Below are positions 23,471 through 30,508 of a DNA stretch of 30,508 bases, in pieces. Below the pieces are notes generated by a model. That model searched no databases. It saw only the letters and a list, made by a program, of their open reading frames with translations, and was not told the DNA's origin. The DNA comes from Azolla caroliniana (taxonomy: Eukaryota > Plantae > Polypodiophyta). The position numbers and the translations under genes are program-made. The stretch lies in assembly GCA_043228905.1 (NCBI GenBank), contig JBHGNT010000373.1, forward strand, positions 1 through 30,508, written 5' to 3'. The stretch's first letter is position 1; every line of letters starts with the position of its first letter.

Positions 23471-24245
23471 ATGAAAATGAGACTCTACATATAATACATA
23501 TAAAATTTAATAAGTTAAAACAAGAGTTTAAAATTAAAAGTTGAAAGTTAAAGCCTATAGAAAATATTTATGAGTATTTTTTAACCTATAAACCTTTAAA
23601 CCGAACCACATAAATAGAAACCAATAAACCGATCAATTTAAAACCGAACCGAACCGAAACCGATTAGTAACATTTGAAACAAAACCAAACCGTTTATTTA
23701 TCTTTGAACCTATAAACCGTCAAGCCATGGTTTTTCGGTTCGGTTCGGTTTGACCGGCTCAATTACTAGTTTTCACCCCAAAAAAGGAAGAGTAGAGAGG
23801 CAGGGGGAAGGGCGTGTATATGTATTGTGGGCAATTTATTTATTTATTAACAGAAATTGAGAATAAAATCGATGGTGTTAGTTTTTTCAGGGCATGGATG
23901 ATCATCTGTGTCTCATGGCGCTCTGCAATCGTTGAGACAGATTCTTCCCTTCCCACAAGAAAAAAAAGAACAAAAAAGAAAAGAAAAAACAAGCAGAGGA
24001 TCTCTACTTTCACGCACGGATACGGATATAGATATGGATATGGATACAGACAGAAACGGAATGGCTTTTTAGTATTTCTTGGTTTTTTCCCTTCTTTTGT
24101 CGAAGAAGAAGCATCGTGATTTCGGTGCCCCTCGTTCTATATTGTAGTTCTTCCCCCCTCAGATCAGATCATCTTCCTCACATATTATAACTATAAGCAT
24201 TCACACGAGAAGCTTTGAATGTCTTGATTCCATTCCATCTCACAG

Positions 24246-24789
24246 GTAATTTCTGCTCTTCATTTTCACCTTTTGATCTTGCAGTTTTAATATTTTGTTC
24301 ATTTGGGGCGTTAGCATTCACTTTAGTGAGGGTCTTAAGTTTTAAATTTTAAGTTTTAGGTTAGTGAGGGTCTTAAGTTTTAAATTTTAAGTTTTAGGTT
24401 AGCGAGGGTCTTAAGTTTTAAATTTTAAGTTTTAGGGTTTAGTGTCTACATGTTTATATGAAGGTAGTACAAGAGGTCGTAGTTCGTTTATGAGACAATT
24501 CAGAAGTACAAGAATTAATGTACAGTCAAACTTTACCAAATTCGTTGAAGGTCTAGGAATCCTTCACTGATTCTCTAATCTGGGTTTATGAGATTAGGGC
24601 ATCACCTTTTTGACCAATCTTATAGATATTTTCTTATCGTGTGATAATAATCACAGGCATAATACTAGATGGTAGATTGTAAAATGGAAGTATAATCGAG
24701 CTGCAACATGATTATAGTGCATCAATTTGAAGTAGCTTACGAACATAATAGCACACAGGTGATCATTAACATTCTTTGTTTTTTATCAG
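24246..24789 (+). other. Probable 5'-UTR intron of the kinesin gene
   Basis: CAG|GTAATT at 24246 and TTTTTTTATCAG| at 24789, 33 nt upstream of the ATG; U-rich. Confidence 0.6.
24323..24436. repeat. 38-bp tandem repeat x3
   Basis: TTAG(T/C)GAGGGTCTTAAGTTTTAAATTTTAAGTTTTAGG at 24323, 24361 and 24399, ending in telobox-like TAGGGTTT. Confidence 0.95.
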
Positions 24790-24822
24790 GTTTTATGGAA
24801 GTTTGATTCATTAGAAAATGAT

Positions 24823-27800
24823 ATGGGTCAGTATCGAATTGGAACCTACTTAAGGTTGAAGCCATCATCCAGGGCGTCACCTGCATTACATGTTGATGTA
24901 ACAAACTCAAAAATTCGAGTGGATTTAAGACATGCTAGTGGAGGCCCTCCAAGAAATCATGGAGATCAGATGATTTTTCATTTTGACGGTATTCTGCAGG
25001 TAGGTTTCTGAGTTATATGTCACCAATTGTTTTTTGACACTCATTGCAACAATTACAATAATCATTGTCTTCACTAGTAAAATAAAAAAACATATGGCTC
25101 TATGGATTGAGATTCAAGAAGCATTGTATGGAACTATCTTATGCAGAATGCAAGTCAAGAGGCGTGCTTCAATTCTTGTGCTTTGAAGATAGTAGATGAT
25201 GTCTTGTGTGGATATAATGGAACAGTCTTGGCATATGGCCAGTCTGGATCTGGGAAAACATTTACAATGTCTGGAGATCCTAAGGTCAGTCTGTTTTAAA
25301 ATTCCATACAAAGTTTGACTTAAGAAACTCTTGTAATTTTCAGTTCTAAATTTACGGTTTTGTGACTATTCAATTTAGATCTCTTTACACAAAGGAATCA
25401 TTCCTAGAGCAATACATCACATATTTTTGGAGAAGTCATCCAATCCAGATTCTGAAACTTCCATACATGTATCTTATCTAGAAGTTTACAATGAGGTATC
25501 AATCTTCTTTTCACTTATTACAAATGTTGTTACGAAGCTGCCTTGCAAACTTTTGAAAAATCTGGATTTAGAAACTATGAAGTAGGTTTTAACCTCATTG
25601 TAAATATTCTGATGCTGGAAGCCTGAGAACCAAATGATCTATTTTTCCTCCTGGGGAAGGACATGCTTGTATTTAGAAGAGATGAAACAATTATGTGAAA
25701 CCTGATATCAATATGATCAATGAAATCTAGAAAGCTTGGAATATGACAAATAAAAAAGGAAAATAAAAGAATAGAACTTCATACCTTGGTTTAGTCAACA
25801 TTCTTAGAGCTTCTCATCAACTTGCATCCGTTATCTAGACTCTAGACTCTCTGTGAAACAGTCGTCACGTAACATATGTCGTCATGTCTGGTGTCCTTAT
25901 CTTTGGATATTATGGCTTTAGAAAATAATGTGAAGTGCAATAGAAAACATGATACAAAGACATCTCATTCTATTTCAAAGCTCATTTATCTCACACCATA
26001 CAAGAAGTGTTGGTTAAGAATGAAAGGGAATCTCTCTCCATTTCACCCAAAGGAAACCAAAAAATGGAATAAAGATGTTTTCATTAACTAAAAGCATTGA
26101 ACTAAATCGAAGTCTTTGTTGAACAACACTATAAACATCCTCAGAGAACTATACTAGAGATACAGACAGGAGAAGCTGCAGAATAGAAAATCATTGAATA
26201 TGGAATCAATGTTAGTAAATAAAAAGGTAAAATAAGATTCCAGGAGTGCTCTTGGTAGCATTATGGCACAGAGGATTAGCAACTTGTTAATATTGTAGTG
26301 CATTTCTTTAGAGAGGTTAAGAGAGACCTTAAAATTGTGATCATCACAAAAATTTTGCTGGATTAATTGCATTGGGATGGTTTTAGAGACCGCTTTCAAT
26401 GGGTGCAAAGAGAAACCATGAGGTCTTGTGCAATCTAGAGCATCTATTGACTTTTACAAAGACAGAGACAGGGAGGGTTCAGATGAAGCCACAGATGCAA
26501 GTGTTGGTAGGTTTACTGTGTTAAATTATTTTGTGTATAAGCATACACCAAGTAATTTTTTGGGACATGGACATGGAAATGATGGACTCTCGAAGTCTTT
26601 TGAATGGTCTAGAAATAATATTGTCATGATTAGATTCTCTTGAATATTGTAGATGTGAAAGATTTTGGAATTCTATAGGTCTTGGTAACTCATTTATTTA
26701 TATATGCTTGCATTTGTTCCCAAAATAGTTAACCTTAGTATATTTGATATTGATATAATCGAATCACGAAGAAAATTCAGTACTTTTGGAGCGCATAATG
26801 GATACCAGGAGCTAGATTCTAGAAATTAAATAAAAATGGAGATTAATATCTCAGTTTGCGCCATATTTTATAACATGGTCAAACATTTCTTGAACTGTTG
26901 AATATTCAATTGAGCTTTGTTTCTACATAATTGTATTTGTTACTTTGTATAAATTATCTTAAAGGCTCTAGTACATAGTTTTTGGAAAGTCTTTCGTGTG
27001 CATGATGTTTGTTTGGATGTGACATTTCAAAATATACTTGGTAGGTTATTTACGACCTCTTGTCAGAAAGGAAGGATTCTTCTCGGATTGTAAATGTTAT
27101 GGAAGATAATTCTTGCTTGGAGCTGAAAGGTCTTAGCCAGTTCCATTGTGAAAATGAAGAAGACGCTATGAAGTATTTTTTACGTGGTGAGCGTCATCGC
27201 TGCATCAGTTCCAAGCTTATGAATAAGGTTTGAATCACCTGTTTACAGCCAAACTAGATAACTCTTCTTTAATAAGAGAAATGGTTTTGAAGAAGGCATC
27301 CTAATATGACAAACAATATGATTATGATATCTAATCATATGTTTGATCTCCAGACGTCTAATAGATCCCATTGCATGTTCACTATCTATGTCGAGAGGAA
27401 TATCAAAACAAGAAATTACCCTGATCGGATAGCCGCAAAGCTTAATCTCGTCGATTTAGCAGGTTGTGAACGCATGAAGTGTACAGATGCTATTAATCCA
27501 TGTGAAAAAGATATATGTAGCATCAATAAATCGTTAACGTTTCTTGAACAGGTGATTTATCATACACAAAATCCTGTCTCTGTTTGCATTTTATTGTGCT
27601 ACTGAATGATTTTTCTTAAAATGCTTTATTAGGAAGTGAATTTACAATATATTGCTCTTGTTGTTTTGCACATTGTATTAGGCTGTTTCAGAACTCCGTA
27701 AAGGCCAAGGACATGTATCATTCCGTCAAAGTCGGCTTACTATGCTGCTAAAAGATGCTCTTGGTGGCAACAGCAGAACAATGTTCATTGTTTGTGCTCT

Positions 27801-29881
27801 ACAAGAACATGACTATTTAGATGAAATGGTAATTGCTAATGCTTTAACTTAACCATGAAAAAGGATAATACTATGAAAATGTATTATGTTTACCTGTCTT
27901 CCTACATTTCATCTTTCACATCAAATGAACTACGATAAAAATATGGCGGTGTTATGATCTAAATGTCATAATTATGATATCCTAATTGGATCAAAACACT
28001 TAATGTTGATAGTACAAACATGTTATATAGAGGATGATTAGACATATGAGACCCCTCAGACATAGCCTCTTTATTTATTACTCATATATTCAGTAGTAGA
28101 ATTACGAGATATTGATGGCTCAGATTAGAAATATACCACGGTGCAGTTCAGTTTCTTGCTGAAAATGGATATCGGCATATGATTTCACAGATTCTCATCT
28201 TGTATGAAGTATGTCTACTGATTTCATTCATGTAGAGTTTTCATGGATCTTGATCTTGTGACAAGGACTTCTGGTTCCTTTGGTGATGTTTCCAAGTTTT
28301 AGTTATTTTGCTGGAAATACAAGAAAATAGTGTGTATAAATAATGGTTTACTGACAGGGGATCATTCACTGATATCCAGATCAGCACATTGAGGTTTTCA
28401 CAGCGCATCAAAGATCTTAAGACTAGTGCAGTGATCAATAAAGTTGTGGATTCTATACAAGCAGAAAGGTTTGCCAGTTATGTGCTTGAATGATAGCTTT
28501 CACATTTTTCTTTCTAGTTAAGAAAATTGATTTTAGGTTATTGTTACCATTTGTTATAGACAGACATATCAGAGGAAGATATCTGAACTGAAAAAGGAAT
28601 TAGCCTTTCAAGATGCACTTAATGGTCACAGTGACGTTCCACATGATGATATCATGTAAGTATTTTGAATGTGAGGAAAGCTAGCTATAAATGAATGTGT
28701 AGCATATTTTTAAATAAAGAGAAGTTAAGACAAATGTGCAAGTCCCTGCATGCAAATGTTAATAATGGATAAATCACTTCTGGTTAAGCTTTGGATGAGC
28801 AAATTCAGTTCCCACGATCAGGGATCAAACCTGAATATTTGTTTTTCAAGCTATTAAATGTTAGTTCTTGGAGGCTAGAATTAAATATTTTCTTTCATTA
28901 ATTGTATCAATGAGGTAACATAAACAGCTGTAATGTTTGTAGATGATTATGATCTTTAAGAAACATTACTATCTTTCTTTCTTTCATGTTTCTTGCTTCT
29001 TTCTATTGCATGATCTAGGCATGAGTTACCTAAGCAGTCATAGACTTTTCTGCAATATCTTTCCAAAGTAGAGAAGTCTTGCAGGACCCTTATAATCATC
29101 ATATCAAGGTATATTTTATTGGACATTGTAAGGAGTTGATATTTAGTGGTAACTAATGTTATAGCATATACTAGTAAAGAACTCTCTAGAGATGGCAGAA
29201 ATAGGCATGAAAAAGTTAGGAATGGAAAGGCTGAAGATACCTTGTATATATTTTCATGGGAGATGTTAAAATGGGATTGTAAACTTTCAAGCTAAATGGA
29301 TACATGTAACAATGAATCAAAATTTTCAATGTGGGTTTTCCCAAGATTGGCAAACCAATTGGACCAAATCTTTCTGGAAAGGTAATGAATTTATGAAACA
29401 AATTTAGCAGCACTGTTAAAATATCATGATGGGATCTAGTGTGTCAAATTCTTTATTTAGCATGATCGTCGAGGAAAAGACAGCCAATTCTACAATGGAA
29501 ATCATAATAGATAGTATTAGTCCATGTGCAGGGAGTGGACGACGTTTGTATAATCGTGATCCATAGACTTCTGTATCTTTATGAGTTGTTATAAAATAGA
29601 AGAATACATCGATAAAATTCCTAGCTCTCCTAAATTACTACCTATTATTCTTGTGTTATTGTGAATAATTGGCTAGTTATGTTGTATACAACTATTTCTG
29701 TAAAAACTTTTCCTTTGTGATTACTTGTATTAATGCGAGGTTGCTGTAATGATATTTAAAGAAACATATTAAAGCATATATTTGCAGAGAGGAGAGAAGA
29801 GATGATCTAAAGAACAAAGTTGAGGCCTTCCTTTCTGAAAAGGAACCTGTCGATTGTATTCCCATCGAGAGCTTGACACAA
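24823..29881 (+). CDS. Kinesin-9 family motor (KIF9/KLP1-like), 9 coding exons (~413 aa), 3'-incomplete
   Basis: Exons 24823-24999, 25147-25284, 25379-25495, 27045-27227, 27354-27551, 27682-27828, 28380-28468, 28560-28655 and 29788-29881, all GT-AG and in phase. P-loop [52 protein letters not shown] (kinesin-9-type), [19 protein letters not shown], and [12 protein letters not shown] neck resembling KIF9. Confidence 0.9.
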
Positions 29882-30508
29882 GTCTCTTTAACTTTCTTTA
29901 TTTTTTTAAGTTTTTATTTCAATATGAGATATAAAATTTTAAGGAGCAGTTATTCACTTTAATAATGTTTCTGAACAGAAAGGGTATGTGCTCTATTAAT
30001 ACCAAAACCTCTATTTATATTTGCACCAGATTATCCTAAATCCTTAAGTGGCCACGGTTTCCGTTGTATAGCCTTTCCAAAGAACCTGACATAAGTGAAG
30101 CACAACCCTCCTTAGCCTCCCATTATTCATATAATGTATGATTCGTACATTAATTCTCAATAACTAAAGCGCTTCAAATGAAAAGTGGAGGAGAATTTCA
30201 TACTATGGTTGATTTGTAGGTAGGTTGCATACTAGAGTGAGTGTGAGTCAAGTCATGTTTCCATCTCAATTAAGTTTGGGAGTTTATTTGGTTATTTGGG
30301 TTTGTATTGCAGCCTCTTCAAAGGCAGTAGCGATATTCTTTGCATGGGTCAGGTTTTGGGTTTTGTGGACAATATGAATATCTCTCAGCCAACTGTGCAG
30401 TGGTGAACCTTTTTTTTGATGCAGAACACTTCTCGAACAAACCTTTTCATGCTTGCTATGTCTCAAAAGATAGAAAGAGCATATAAATATGCCTCTGCTT
30501 ATTTGAAT

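Larger units (their letters stand above)
18565..23768. mobile_element. Non-autonomous hAT-like element with nested LINE cargo
   Basis: Imperfect TIRs TAGTAATGGGCC / GGCTCAATTACTA; 8-bp TSD GTTTTCAT (18557-18564) / GTTTTCAC (23769-23776); AAACC/AACCG subterminal arrays at 18580-18745 and 23580-23755. Confidence 0.85.

Noticed and set aside
23244-23474. ORF with (IIILIINL)n resembling a membrane peptide; also the N-terminus of 18754..19155
   Set aside because: Translation of the 24-bp minisatellite.
23814-24119. 101-aa ORF with a basic run and GYGYRYGYGY
   Set aside because: Derived from A-runs and a (GGATAY)n repeat in the kinesin promoter region, with no recognisable domain.
26150-26650. 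Possible old TE fragment or extra exon in kinesin intron 3
   Set aside because: No recognisable motif, and exons 3 and 4 join seamlessly (YNE|VIYDLL).
29882-30508. Further kinesin exon within the window
   Set aside because: The candidate acceptors I checked give early in-frame stops or no kinesin-like sequence; the gene probably continues beyond the window.

Overview
AT-rich land-plant nuclear DNA. A kinesin-9 gene and the transposon load suggest a lineage with flagellated sperm, probably a fern (inference). There are two spliced host genes in divergent orientation: a complete 3-exon TIC55 Rieske oxygenase on the - strand (5934-10012) and the 5' nine coding exons of a kinesin-9 (KIF9/KLP1-like) on the + strand (24823->29881). 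Most of the rest is transposon-derived: a decayed Ty1/copia element (151-~4640), a second copia RT/RNaseH fragment, LTR pieces, two decayed LINE remnants and hAT-type non-autonomous elements. The most striking structure is a 5.2-kb composite element. An hAT-like shell (18565-23768; TAGTAAT termini; 8-bp TSD GTTTTCAT/GTTTTCAC) holds a 24/48-bp minisatellite, and an L1/Tx1-like LINE has inserted into it with a 15-bp TSD. That LINE has stop-free endonuclease and zf-RVT ORFs but no reverse transcriptase. It also carries a ~163-bp x7 array with a splice-acceptor-like motif in every unit. Separately, a perfect 40-bp inverted repeat brackets the last TIC55 exon. All coordinates and alignments were worked out by eye; no searches were run.
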